Positions 38,247 through 51,473 of a stretch of DNA of 64,000 bases are shown one piece after another. The translations under genes were made by a program, and so were the position numbers. The DNA lies in contig NC_134026.1 in the NCBI RefSeq assembly GCF_964204645.1, positions 15,782,150-15,846,149 on the forward strand, given 5' to 3'. Each line of letters begins with the position of its first letter. Positions within the stretch are counted from its first letter, which is position 1. Below the pieces are notes generated by a model. That model was not told where the DNA came from, did no database searches, and saw nothing but the letters and a program-made list of their open reading frames with translations. Origin of the DNA: Tubulanus polymorphus. Lineage: Eukaryota; Animalia; Nemertea.

Positions 38247-39338
38247 CGTAGTCTATTAATTAAACCCAAAGCCTTTTTTTATTACTTACACCTACATATC
38301 CCGACTTTGACACTTGAGGTATGTTCTGATTTAGATCGAACAGGGATGACGGTCTATCAATACGCATAGAACTGTCTGACCACTTTTGCTCTATATCATC
38401 ACATACGCATTATTTTACTGTTTCTGATGTTTTGACTGTAAACTCAGTCTCATTGTCGCGATAGCTGGAACGCTGCTTCCGTTTTTGGCCTTAGGATAGC
38501 AAGCTCAGTCTATCTACGCGCAATGGTGACTGGAAAGTTGCCTCTTGAAATCAGTCTCATTAAAAACTACCAAAAACATAATTGTGACAATGTAAATAAA
38601 ACCCGATCAAGACTGTATATATGTAAGTACAAATATGTATTCAATATTCACGGGTTTGTGCCGCTTTCTTACTGACGGTCTATCAATGCGCATAGCAATG
38701 TCAGTTTGATTGCGATACATTCACGGACCTAACTATGCACTGTATATTAGAAACACAAAACTGCTCCCAGTGTAAAACTTTTACTTTTAGGCAAATTCAG
38801 CACCAGATGTGGAGTACCAACTGCGCACCTCTTGACGGAGAACCCATCCTCATCGGAGCTGCACCGTCGATGTCATACAACTACACTTCGGATACCCCAG
38901 GGCCATACTCTCATCTGGAAAATTTGCGTTTCGAAATGTGCTTTCTTCCTATCTAGTCAACACGCGGGATCATCAACTTAGAGGACTTCTACACCAACAT
39001 CTACCCGAGAAAAAACCACAATAAACTATCGGACTATTTACACGTAGAAAACGACCAAAAAATATAAAAAGTTGAGAGAAGTTATCGGAGGTCATGTGAC
39101 ACAAGCTCAATGGAACGACGTAGTAGAACTTAAAGTCAGAACCAAAATAGGTTGGATTGTCATGGACGTTATAGTCAAAGATCGGATTGTTACCGATATC
39201 AATCAAAGCGGATGGATCGAAGCTACAAAGCTACCGCATATCGCGAATCTGGAATTAGCGGACAGTTTCAGTGGAGAGGAATTATCAGTAGAAATCCCGC
39301 TAGGTCGTTTTGCTCATTTGTTCTAGGAGGGAGAACTT

Positions 39339-41531
39339 AATAAGCCTTTTTACAGTTTCCAGGCGCCATTTTTTTGGGTACCCGCCGGGTCCGCATTGTT
39401 GAATTTTTTGTCCCTATTTTTCTCCGGTTTAGTTTTTTTATTTCGTTCATATCTCTGGATTTGATTAAGATAGAAACAAAGTAAAAATATTGATGAACTC
39501 GGCTGATAATAAACTTTTTTATGATATCACTCATTTATAAAGTTAATGCAACAATGTGCGCTGGTGAAGTTATAAACATTGATATCGTCTTCCCGATAAT
39601 TCAACTTGAATTAATGCTCATCTCATTCAAAAGTTCGTAATTCTTACAAATATTAATCTACATTTTTGAAATTTTCAGGACCAATAGCCATCTATATTTG
39701 GTCTTATATACCTTTTACCGTTTTCAATTATCCTTATTAGTTTTTAAGTAATTGCGAGTCAAACTTCCAAAACACGTTTTCTAGAGTATCATGTGTGCAT
39801 ATTTATATCAAGAAATTTGCCAATTTAACCGGTCCTACATTGTTAAAATCAAAATTTTCAGTAACTATGGAAACAAGGGCACCTAGTTATTTGAAAAAAA
39901 TGGTAAATAGAGATATATTTCTAGTAACACAGGGACAGACTACGGGTTTGGAGGGTCGGTAGTCCGGACCCCTGCAACTTCCCATTAAGATTACCATCTT
40001 TGTCAAGACAGTGATCGCATAAAACTTACAAATCTATCACTCATCCTCTTGCAAATTAAATTGTTTTGGATGTATTTGTTTCAACACCGAGGGGCACCCT
40101 ACTCACAGCCTTAAACCACGGAAAATGTCCATATTTTTGGACCCCTCTCCCAATCATCTAAGATAGTCAAAAAAGTCGAAATAAGTCTTAGCGTCAGGCA
40201 TTTAAGTTTCATTGATCTCCCGTCTATATTATATCGTTTCACAGTATATTGCATCAATGAAATATGGCCGTTGGCAGGTGATTCTGGAGCCAGTTGCTCA
40301 AAAGTTAACCATCAGAAATACCATGGTGTAATGGCGAGCACTCGGTCTTCAGTTAAATACCGGTACCCGATTTACATTTTTGAATTTTCAGCAGCAGCTC
40401 CACACAAATGGAGGCAGCCACGGCTGTGTCAAACTTGACGCTTGCAAACCGTTGGATCGGCTTTGCTTTTTTGAGAATGTTCGATGTTCGATCTTTATTA
40501 CTGATCGTGACAAGAGCTGGAAGGTGTTTCAAATTGAATTTGAATATATTTGGCTTAGTCGATTGTGTTGAAAAGATTGGAACTTTGGAATATATTAGTA
40601 AGGAACATAACTTTCGTTTACTTTCTGTCAAAATTGATCTCGTGTGTTTGATAGTTGTTTTGAGATTTGGCACGAATTCTAAGTTAGTTTTGATCACACA
40701 AGGTCTGTATTAGCCCACTTCACGTAAGTAGCCATGCAAATTTGCGACGGCAATGCGACGCAGCATTGAGACTTTGGTCCTCATACATGTGCCACATAAT
40801 GTCTGACTTTCACATTTGCAATCGTATACCCCGTACGTGCAGTTTTGGAATCGAATGAAACACGTTGGACAAAATGATCTGTTGTGAACCTAGGTAGCTG
40901 GTTAAAGCAACACCTGGTTTATTTTGTTTATTTTGACAAATCCTAGAGAATATATATCTTTAATAACCACTTTTCAAAAACCTAGGTGCCCTTATTTCCA
41001 TGGTTACTTAATAAATTGATTTTCAACAAAGTAGGGACCGGTGAAATTGTGAAATTTCCTGATATAAAGATGCACCCAGGGGACCCGGGAAAACGAGTTT
41101 TGGAAGTTTGACTCGCAATTACTTAAAAACTAATAAGGATAATTGAAAACAGTAAAAGGTATATAAGACCACATATAGATGGCTATTGATCCTGAAAACT
41201 TCAAAAATGTAGATTAAAATTTGTAAGAATTACGAACTTTTGAATGAGATGAACAATAATTCAAGTTGAATTATCGGGAAGACGATATCAATGTTTATAA
41301 CTTCACCAGCGCACATTGTTGCATTAACTTTATAAATGAGTGATATCATAAAAAAGTTTATTATCAGCCGAGTTCATCGATATTTTTACTTTGTTTCTAT
41401 CTTAATCAAATCCAGAGATATGAACGAAATAAAAAAATTAAACCGGAGAAAAATAAGGACAAAAAATTCAACAATGTGGACCCGGCGGGTACCCAAAAAA
41501 ATGGCGCCTGGAAACTGTAAAAAGGCTTATT
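39339..41531. mobile_element. Non-autonomous DNA transposon with very long (>440 bp) TIRs at a TA/TWA-like site
   Basis: aataagcctttttacagtttccaggcgcc.. 39339-39785 inverted at ~41090-41531, more degenerate further in; BEL coding sequence on both sides. Confidence 0.85.
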
Positions 41532-42890
41532 GTGATACAACGCCGATTGTTCAGCACTCTGTGTTAGGATGCATTATCTCAGGACCTCTCGAACCGAAGG
41601 TCTGGAACGTTCTCAACTCAGTAACAGTAGAGTCGGATCTTATCGAGTCATATAATACGCGTGAAACGGAGAGTATTCAACAGGAATACACAGAGTTTGT
41701 CAGGAAAAATGTCTTTACTATACCGTGCGGAAACGATCAAGGGGAACGTGAGTACAATGAAATTTTTCTCAAAGATTATGCAGATAAAATCGAATTCAAA
41801 GATGGCCGGCACGCCGTTCCATTGCCATGGAAACCGGACCACCCGGTCTTAAGAAATAATATCGAATTATGTCAGTCTCGTATGAAACAAGTGGTCAACC
41901 GATTGCATCGATTGAATCTCGCTCACGCATATTGTGCGGTAATGGACGAAAGCATTCGGAAAGGTTACGTTTCAGAAACTGGAAAATCAATCAATGAATC
42001 GAAACATGATAGTTATTTCATGATAGCGAAACAACCCCAGTCAGAATCGTGATGGATGCGAGTTCAGGGGAACCGTCGCTAAATTCTTGTCTCTTTGAGG
42101 GTCTGAACCTCATTTCGGACTTGTGTGAATTGTTGCTACTGTTCAGATCGCGGAAGATTGAACTAGTCGCAGATATCGCTCGAGCATTCCTGTCCATTTC
42201 GCTGTTAGAGGAGGACAGAAAATTCGTTCAGTTCCTGTGGTACGAAAATAACGATATAACGAAACGAATCGTACCATACCGTTGCAATACGGTGATATTC
42301 GGCAATGTTGCAGTCCCTTTGCACTCGGAATTACATTGAAGAAACACTTGGATCCGTACGGCGATTGTGCAGTAGCGAGAGATTTGGCGGGAAAATTGTA
42401 CGTTGACAATCTGATAACGGCGATAACAGCGAACACGCCATTAACTACTACCAAAAAACGCTGGAGATAATGCATAACGGTGCATTTCTAATGCGACAAT
42501 TGGCCTCAAACGAACCCGAGATAAATCAACGTTTTCAGGATGAGAACAATGGTACCAAGTCGGAGATCGTGTCACTCTTGGGGCTCAAATGGAACTCCAC
42601 GACTAACATTATATCATTGGCGAACAAGAATGTTCAGACCGGAGACTACTCAATAACCAAAAGATCAGTTTTATCGAAATCATCGGCGATTTATGACCCA
42701 CTCGGTCTGGTGGGTCCTCTAGGATCGAAATCGAAAGCCTTCTTACAGAAATTATGGATACTAAACAAAGATTGGGATGAAGAGCTAACATCGGATGAAC
42801 AATTGGAATGGGCGGAGATAAGCAGAAATCTCTCACAGTCCCATGGATTCGGGGTACCGCGCTGGTTAGGGTTTGACGAAATGTACCCAT
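41532..42890 (+). pseudogene. BEL/Pao reverse transcriptase and Pao peptidase A17/RNase H region
   Basis: VPLPWK, RIVMDAS..SLNSCLFEG, ADIARAFLSI, SPFALG, KLYVDNL, LGLKWN, TKRSVLS..IYDPLG, LQKLW..WDEEL. Confidence 0.9.
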
Positions 42891-43569
42891 CACTATCGTC
42901 GGGTTCGCGAGGCGTGGCAAAAATTCAAGAAACAATCGGATCCACCCGCTCGTAATGAATGATTTGGCTTCCGTATATAATTCTTAATCTTCTACGTCAT
43001 ATGAACTTCTTCTTTTCCCGGCCAGTAATACAGAGAGACGATTTGTTTGCGGGCCGCGTCATCGTCCATCGTGCCACCTTTGAAATCTTCAATTTATAAT
43101 AGTTTGAATACGAGGTGATTGCCACTTGGGTTGTGACAGCCACAGCAGATTTCTTCTGCGCATCATTATGAGAATGCCGGTTTGCTAGCGTATCTATTTA
43201 ACACCCGTATTGCTCGGGTGACTTTTACTACCAACGGGTGGCGCTGTGTGTAAATTTCACATAAATCAACGACTTTCGGCTATTAGCGGTACATAAGACC
43301 ACTTGAAAACATCATAGTCAATTACGGTAGTAGTGAAAATAAAAAGTTACAGTTCGGTGTACAGCACCATAGCACCCATATAATACCACATACATTTCAT
43401 TCAGACTAAGGACTTAGTTAACACTGATCTTCATTTCCATTAATTAATGATCTGTTGAATTAATTAGTAATTCAGTCTTTCGGTGGTTCGAGATAAAATG
43501 CCTGCAAAATAAGAACTAACGAACCAGGGCTGACCACAAATTGCCCAACAGATAAATTTTCCGAAACGA

Positions 43570-44150
43570 CACAATAATGTTTAGTATCAAATAACTCGTG
43601 GCGTGGACCTTGGTCTATCAACTGACCAATGCATGACCAGTACTGGCTATATAGTAAATTATCTGTTTTGCAAACAATTAAGTTATTTGGTGTCAAATAA
43701 CTAGATATAATGTGGACATTAAACTAAAAATTGTTTAACTGACCAATGCTTGACCAGTACTGACCAGTTACCACTAACTAGAACCCACCATATGTAATAT
43801 ATATGTTTAGTAAAGCAATAAAATCGCGTTTGGGCGTCGAGCTACTAGATACGGTGCGGGCTATGATCTAACAACTATTTAACTGACCAATATTTTACCA
43901 ATACTGACCTTAAAGTAATTTGTTTATTCTAGAAGCAACACAGTCGTGTTTGGTGTCTAATAATTAGAAATGGTGTGGGCTTTCATCTTACAACTATTCA
44001 AGTGACCAAATATTGACCAATACTGACCACATAGCTATATTTATCTGTTTCGGACACAACTTAGTCGTGTCTCGTATCAAATAATTTCATTCGGTCTGAA
44101 CGTAAATATAACAACTCTTTTACCTGTACAAGCTACACCAGTACTGTCTA
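43570..44150. repeat. Degenerate ~110-140-bp tandem array (ctgacca-rich)
   Basis: Recurrent ggtgtcaaataactag and actgaccaat..tgaccagtactg. Confidence 0.6.
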
Positions 44151-46398
44151 ATTACCGGTTAAATGTTTTTAGAAATAACACGGGGTATTGCCTGAATCCT
44201 TCGTCAGTACTACTCTTATTAAATGTGTCGTTTTAAAAGTCTTGTCCAATTTTTATTGTAGGAAGCGAGCTAACTTTGAAATTTCCCACTAAATGCAAAA
44301 GATTTTCACATCGGGTTTTGAACGAACAACGTTTCGATTTGTAATTGTAACGTGCGCATTTTTGCCTGTAACGTGCACATTTCACTAGTGTAAACGTGCG
44401 TATCGGTACCATTATGCGAAACTTGTCAAACTTTTGCGTTCAAGACGTTTAAACTGAACACTAAAGGAGATATTATATCATATCATATCATATCATATAT
44501 ATGAATAATGAATAGATGGAAGATAATGTAGTAGTTTTGAATGTTTCGTAACTGCTGTCCACTGACCGCAGATCATCAAAGTTAATCGCCTCATATGAAA
44601 TATATATTCGTTATAAGGGATGTAGTAGTTCAGTGAGAATTCAAACTTATGGGTAATTTTAAGTGATCACAACGCTGACCAATAGAGAAAGCTGTATCAC
44701 AACAAAAGTGCGACTTACGTATCTTATTGAAACATTGTAAAATACCGGAGAGTAAATGGGAGAACCCTGAATTCGAAACAATTCCACACTCGGATCGTTT
44801 ACTTCGAAAACACAATTTGCAATTTGTGGACATCCATTATTTCTGCACCAAAAGCATGAAGTATATTATCTTTGCTCGTAAAAATTTGAAATTTTGAGGA
44901 AGATTTTTGGCCTCGTTAACCTGTGAACACGTCCTTCATATATTTTCTAAGACCGATCTTGATATAATGCTGAGAGTTTAGAGAAAATTATGGTAGGATG
45001 TAAACTTAGGCTGCTTCGTATCCGTGGAGGGTTGCTAATTATTGATCTTATACACAATAATCATAAGTACGTAACACGAGACTCCATAGAATATCGTTTT
45101 TCAATCATACGTACACAAATTATTGCGATATAAAGATAAATAGTACTTTAATATACTTTTTACTTCTTATACTGAATATTTCTTTAGTAGTATTAATAAA
45201 GAGTGGATCAGCAGGCTACCTGAGCCCATTCCACGATTTGAGGTCAGTTGCCAAAAGTTAGTAAGTTTACATACCAGTGGATAGTTAACATTTAAAATGA
45301 CAATTAAAACTTCATTGCTAAAAATAACTTTGTATTCGTAGAATAGTCACACTCAAATGCGGAGAATTGATAATACCATAATACGATACGAAAATTCACT
45401 GTGTACAAATTCAAAAAGATGATCTCTAGTGAACGATCGAACGTTGTGTCGTTATTTTCTAATGATAAAACTTGGCTTGTGATTTGAAATGTGTACATAT
45501 TGGATCTTTTTCATATTAACAGTGTATTTGGTCATGTATCATATTGTATAATGGTTAATTTAAACTAACTGGTTTCAGAGTTGTATCCTTAAATCCTGTA
45601 ATAGAGGATGCAATCTTTTTGCGGCAAACAGTACAAATAGCTAGAAAAAGCAACGATAGTGCATTGGTAAACTTAAAGCAAGCGTACATTGGTTGTTTAG
45701 GTTTTTCGTTGGGAAAATTAATGTTTAATCATTATTGAAATATCCGAGGCGAGCTTTTCCAGGAATTTACAAAGTTGAGCTTTACACAAGGAATTTTTTT
45801 GTAGTCCGATATCAGTGATTACCTCTGGCTTGGAGAGATACAATCTAAAACCAACCGTCGAGTCAAATATTTTTCCACAATTTTCTATGATTAGTAAAAA
45901 GATTAAGTAATAGACATAGGCATGCAAACAGTAATATCTGAAGTCCACTCCATTTCAAACTCATTCATCTTTACACAAACTCCAACTTGTTGAACAGTTC
46001 AAAATCGCGTGGCTTGAATTATTACGATAGCTAAAATCAGGGACCACGATACTTGCTCATCTACACTGGCTTCCAATTTAACAAAGGATTGAATTTGAGT
46101 GTTTGATGTTGTAACAATAGGCCTACCATACTGAATTATGGATTCGGTTTCTACTTTTTGATTGAACATTTATATCACATATTGGGTCATTTCATTTTTA
46201 CCAGTATAGGCCAAATTGGAAGAACCTATCCGTATATCATGTTTAATTTTATATAATCTGACTTTTGAGATGTCATTCAATCAATGCATTCATATGCGGT
46301 CGTCGCTTTCAATAGCCACCACGGACTGACTCCTTAGCGATACCTTGGCGGACGATCCCACACGTTTCTTGCTCCAGCCCTAGAATGCTCAATTATAA

Positions 46399-46803
46399 GG
46401 CGCTTTTACGAAATTGAATCTGATTCGGTTTAGCTAAATCCGATTCGATGTTGGAAAACGTAAGGATTAGTAAATCGAATCGTTTTTCGTAAATGAGTCG
46501 AATCAATTTATCAATCTAAAGGTCGCGATTCGAAAGAAAATGGGCGTCAATGGTGACCGAATTATTGATAGATGATGGTCTGCAATAGATGTCTTTAGCC
46601 CGCGGTCGAAGAGGACGCCATGTTGGATTTCACTGACTAAATCGCCACTAACTTGTTCGCCGAGCAAGTTAGTCGATTTAATAAATCAATTTACTTAACC
46701 GCGTCCATAAACGAGTTGATTTACCAAATCGGATTCACTAAACCGCGTGCCGTAAACGTGAAACTTAAATCGATTTACAAAGATTCAGTTTCGTAAAAGC
46801 TCC
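46399..46803. mobile_element. PIF/Harbinger-like MITE
   Basis: GG(C/A)GCTTTTACGAAA.TGAATCT inverted ends; flanks taa/tat. Confidence 0.6.
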
Positions 46804-48563
46804 TATAGTCGTCATGAACACCCGATTTGAATTCAAATTCAAAAGACTCCTAAAAACGCACCTGTTTACTCGATTACTGTAAAGCGCCTTTGAGCATTTA
46901 TATGCAAGAATCAGTGAAATTGGCGCTTTATCAGTTGTATTCATCATTCAAACCATTATTCTCCTTATCCTATGAATTTGGAGACCCATCCTCGCATGAG
47001 AATGAATATAATGTGATTTCAATTAAAGATGACACATGGCCTCACATCATTACGTTATGTTTTTTAACGGGTGGGCGAGATTATATTCTTATGTTTTTGT
47101 TTCTCTGAATGTCGCTATTTTAGAGTTCAATAATAATTTCAGTCAACCAAACAAAGGATTTTTCTGTATGTTTCGTGTCCTGTTTTTCCATAACCCTAGG
47201 ACTGCATTTTAGGTATTTTTCGTGGATGACCGAACGCTGCTGTCCCTTTCTAGTAATTTGATGATATCTGTCGAAATCTAAATTTTAAAAAGGAATCAGG
47301 CATATCTCCTTGTTTGACTAAGTAAGAACTCAACTTTAAGGGACACTCCCTTAAAGGCGCCGAAGTAAAATCATGTGTCGAGTGGAGATGATATTGTGTC
47401 AGAATTTCTTCAAAAGCGGAGAAAATTGAATATTTTGAAAATAATGATTTCACATGTATGTTTGAATCCGTTATAACTGGAGCAATTTTCATAAAAACAT
47501 ATCTATGGAATCAACGAAATGTAATTAAGAAGAATACTATGTTTAAGATGTTATCAAAGGCATTTGAAAAAAGTTTTCTGATTTCGTCAACTGTGAAACT
47601 CGTGTCAACCAGATGTGTTCCCATTAAACGAACCGACTGCGAGCCGAGTCGATGTGAGATGTGACCTACACTGAAAATCTCAAGCGCTACCACTGGTTTT
47701 TAGGTGCTTCTGAATGTCGGCCGTTAAAAAACTAAACAATTGCCATTTGGAAAGGGCCTAGTTAGAGAAAATGCTAGATGTGTATATTGTGTGATATTTC
47801 ATGTGCGTTTGGAATTTAACCTTGTTTATAACGAAACACACATGTTCTTTTCTATTTTAGAAGAGCGCATGATAGTGCAATAAAGAACTGACAATGAAAA
47901 AGGGGTAACAGGTGACTGATATCACACCGAATTTCAATTCCTATGAACACTTTTCAAATAGTGAATTCTGTACAAGAGTAAAAAAAACTTGAAATATTAA
48001 CGAAACAGTTTTTTGACGGACAAATCGTTACCATCGAATTTTCAAAACTTTTTTAATGCCTTGGTGACCACTGGTCTAGTACGCGGTTTTCTGAAACAAA
48101 AGTGGCCAAGTTTAAAGAACGACAAATGATCACAAATATTAGGAGCCTAATGCGTTTAATGATTTAATTAATTGGCATCGCGCTGATTGGTTGAAAGACG
48201 GTTGTTAGTCATATTGCCTGTGATTTAATTGTTTTTTTAAGCATCGATTAACCATAGATTTAATCTTATCATAACTTATTTGCAGGTGCTTCTCGCAAAC
48301 ATTTTCTATTCGTTTTCAAACGCAGTACTGTTCAGATGATTCGCGTCAAGCTTTGAGTCAAGTAGTAAAAAAGTTTATGTATTAGCATTACTATGCAGTG
48401 AAAATAACGCACTGCGGCAAGTGAGGTGCTGCGATCCAGATGTGTAACCTATTTAGGAGTAATATATTTCCATAATGTCAACGCCATTCAGAAACAGTAG
48501 CAAAACATACTGCTGGTCTCTAGAAATAACAATACGACGACAACCACTTTCGAATTCGACGAT

Positions 48564-49080
48564 ATTCGAGAAGTTTCACTTGGGCAGTGGTGGTCAGTGA
48601 TGGTCAATTTATGAATTCTAATGGGGAATGCTTTCTAGTTTCACACCAAATGCGGTACCGGTATATCTTTCTTACATTCGAGAAGTTTCAATTGGTCAGT
48701 GGTGGTCAGTGATGGTCAATTCATGAATTTTCAATGGCGAATCCTTTCTAGTTTGACACCATAACGCGGTATATCGTTCTCATATTCGAGAAGTTTGAAT
48801 TGGTCAGTGGTGGTCAGTGATGGTCAATTTATGAATTATCAATATTTATGGCGAATCCTTTCTAGTTTGACACCATAACGCGGTATATCGTTCTCATATT
48901 CGAGAAGTTTGAATTGGTCAGTGGTGGTCAGTGATGGTCAATTTATGAATTCTCAATATCTATGGCGAATCCTTTCTAGTTTGACACCATAACGCGGTAT
49001 ATCGAACTCATATTCGAGAAGTTTGAATTGGTCAGTGGTGGTCAGTGATGGTCAATTTATGAATTTGCAATGATGATACC
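48564..49080. repeat. 108-114-bp tandem array, ~5 copies
   Basis: attcgagaagttt at 48564, 48676, 48784, 48898, 49012; core tggtcagtggtggtcagtgatggtcaat. Confidence 0.9.
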
Positions 49081-50196
49081 TGGGTAGTTTGAAAACAAAC
49101 ATGACTTGATAAATTTCCGAAATTCGCAGTCAGGTGTTCAGACTCGGGAATATCTCAATTGGTCAGTTTCTGACCATCATGGTGTCACCATGTGGTCTAT
49201 AGCTCAAATGAAACACGTGGGACCGACGAAAGGGCCCAAAAGCGTAAGTCATTTCCTGAGTGATGTGATCCAAAAATGCCCTAACTGGAAAAGGCAGTCT
49301 TTCAATTGGACGAAACCAAATCGGACAGAACAATTAAAATTTGGGAAGGCCACAGGCAGTGGTCTTTCTACGAAGCCCACGCGGTAGGCCTATACTTTGA
49401 GCGTATCATTATGAAATCTTTTTTAAACCACCATGTAGGCCTACCACATTAAGTAATAAGCATCGTTGTAAGCACTTGAAACACCCATTAACCACTTGAA
49501 ACTGTCAGATCAAACATCATACCGCATCCCCGCAAAGAGGGGTAGTTCAGCAAACCGGAGCTTTCATTTGCCTATCTAGACTACCCCGCCAGTACGGGTA
49601 GCCGAGCAAACCGGAAAACTCATAATGTTCAAAAAGGGCGTCCCGTATTGAAAACGTATTTGAAGTCAAATTTTTTTTAACAAAATATCCGGAAAAATAT
49701 GTAAAATATGACTCTCGAAGGTATTCATTACTGATATAACATGATTTCAAGTGTAAAAATCGATAAGGAATAAATAAATATGTTATATTTCATGTCATCT
49801 CGGTTGATCTCGGTAAATTTCGTCCTCGGTAATAAGGAGGACCCTACTATGGAGCCCTCCGTAATGAGACACACAAACATTATATATCGTCAATCGACAC
49901 ATAGAGCATATACGCCTCTTGAACACCTCGTTATTTTCTAAATATTTTCTGTTCACTGGACGATCGATGGCTTCAAATTTAGCACCGAAAGCGGTTTCAC
50001 CTTTTTTAAGGGTAAGTTTACTCATGAACTGAGTATAGTGCAGATTCGCACCTTTTGTAGAATTATAATCTTTTGAATTTCAAATAACTCTGTTTGTAGC
50101 CGCGTAGGTGTAATTAGTAGGTAGGGTTTTCAAGTGAAAATTTTCCAAACACTTACACAAACAATTTAAAAAGGCCTAGATGAAAGAAGGGTTTAA

Positions 50197-50312
50197 GGTA
50201 TGACTGCAGTTTAGGTGTCCCTAATGGTTATGTACCTAACCTTACCATAACACTATTCTTTAATAATACTAGCGCCACCCAGTGGATAGGTGACCCAAAC
50301 TGCAGTTAGACC
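50197..50312. mobile_element. 116-bp MITE with GG termini and 8-bp TSD (Merlin-like)
   Basis: ggtatgactgcagttt / aaactgcagttagacc; GGGTTTAA at 50189-50196 and 50313-50320. Confidence 0.7.
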
Positions 50313-51473
50313 GGGTTTAATATAAGGTCATAGCAATTTACAGAACTAAGTCGGTCAAGCCGTTCAAAAGTTATGAAGGAATTTGTCGGCTGAAAATCAC
50401 ACTTCTCGGCCATAGAGAGAGTCTTCATTAGGAAATGAACTAAAGGTCACAAGGTCAAATGGTGACCAAATGATCAATTTCTTAGTTTTTAAGTAATAAT
50501 TGAAAGTAGAAAAGAAACTTGTATATCTTTGGGAATTGTCATCCGATTTCAATCAAACTTTGGGAAAATTCAGAATAATAGTTTCCCTATTGATTGTAAA
50601 ACTTAAACTAATTATTAATTAAGCCAATTATGGGTAATTAGCTTAATTAATTGGCTCATTGCCAGTTCCAGGTATTTATCAGCTGAAAACAAAGGATAAA
50701 ATATGTTTACTTATTTGTGTTACAACTTTACAGGGATAAATATATCCAACTATAATTTACCGCAGACATCGAATCACATAAAAATTGGTTGCCATGGTAA
50801 CCACAATAGCAACAATAGATTTTTGGGATTATAATGGTTGCCGGTGCTCAGAAAGTATATCAAACCCAAAAATGCATCATGATTGGTATCAAACTGATCG
50901 TATTTAGTTAAAATCTTTTAAGTGTCGCAAAATCGGTCAAATTGTTGGTACAAACACGTAGGGCATACCTGGATGTCAATCAAGAACTTTTGAAAACACC
51001 TGTGAAGGTTTGGTGATCCCCAGTCCCGCCCCTTTTCTGCAGGATCGCCTAGAAGATGGGCATCTCAAAACTGCGTTTTTCGAAATCCGCGGTGAAGAGT
51101 ACACGCGCACCTGTCAATCAACAATCTAAAGTTGGCTGGAGTCAACAGCTTGTAACTCACGAACTACGCCACGCACCAACATGGAATTTTCAACACAGTA
51201 CAAGATGCTTATTATCTTTCCTCGAAAATTTAGTTCAAGTAAATCGGATGACAATTATAAGATTTATCGAGTTCATAACTTTTGTAGTGGGTTTTGGTCA
51301 CGTGATCTGAAAACCCTAGTGTCGGTAGCGAAGGTTACATCAAGTCTATTTTTACCTTCATGACGTAGTCATGAAAGTTATAAGGTGGTAGCGAGTCGAT
51401 GACTTCATTTTCATGTTGCCACTTATAACTTATTGGTCACAGGGGTTTAGCGATGCCGAAGGCTTGGATTTTA

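Larger units (their letters stand above)
31758..39065 (+). mobile_element. L1/Tx1-clade LINE with both ends and a ~15-bp TSD; most of ORF2 deleted or replaced
   Basis: TSD aaaaagttaagagaa (31743-31757) / aaaaagttgagagaa (39066-39080); ORF1 and ORF2 C-terminus collinear. Confidence 0.75.
28645..42890 (+). mobile_element. Degenerate BEL/Pao LTR retrotransposon (5' LTR 28645-28797, PBS 28798, gag-pro-RT-RNaseH), fragmented by insertions and 3'-truncated
   Basis: TG..CA followed by TGGTGCC; collinear gag, protease, RT and Pao peptidase fragments resume across each insertion. Confidence 0.85.

Noticed and set aside
40353-40713. Transposase inside the long-TIR element
   Set aside because: No recognisable catalytic or DNA-binding motif in the listed frames
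39337-41531. Duplicated gene MSDIIKKFIISRVH (ORFs 39337-39534 and 41336-42052)
   Set aside because: Chance ORF in the two TIR arms; the longer one just reads through into BEL pol
49510-49550. Helitron 3' hairpin (ccccgcaaagagggg tag)
   Set aside because: Short stem, no canonical CTRR spacing and no matching 5' end identified
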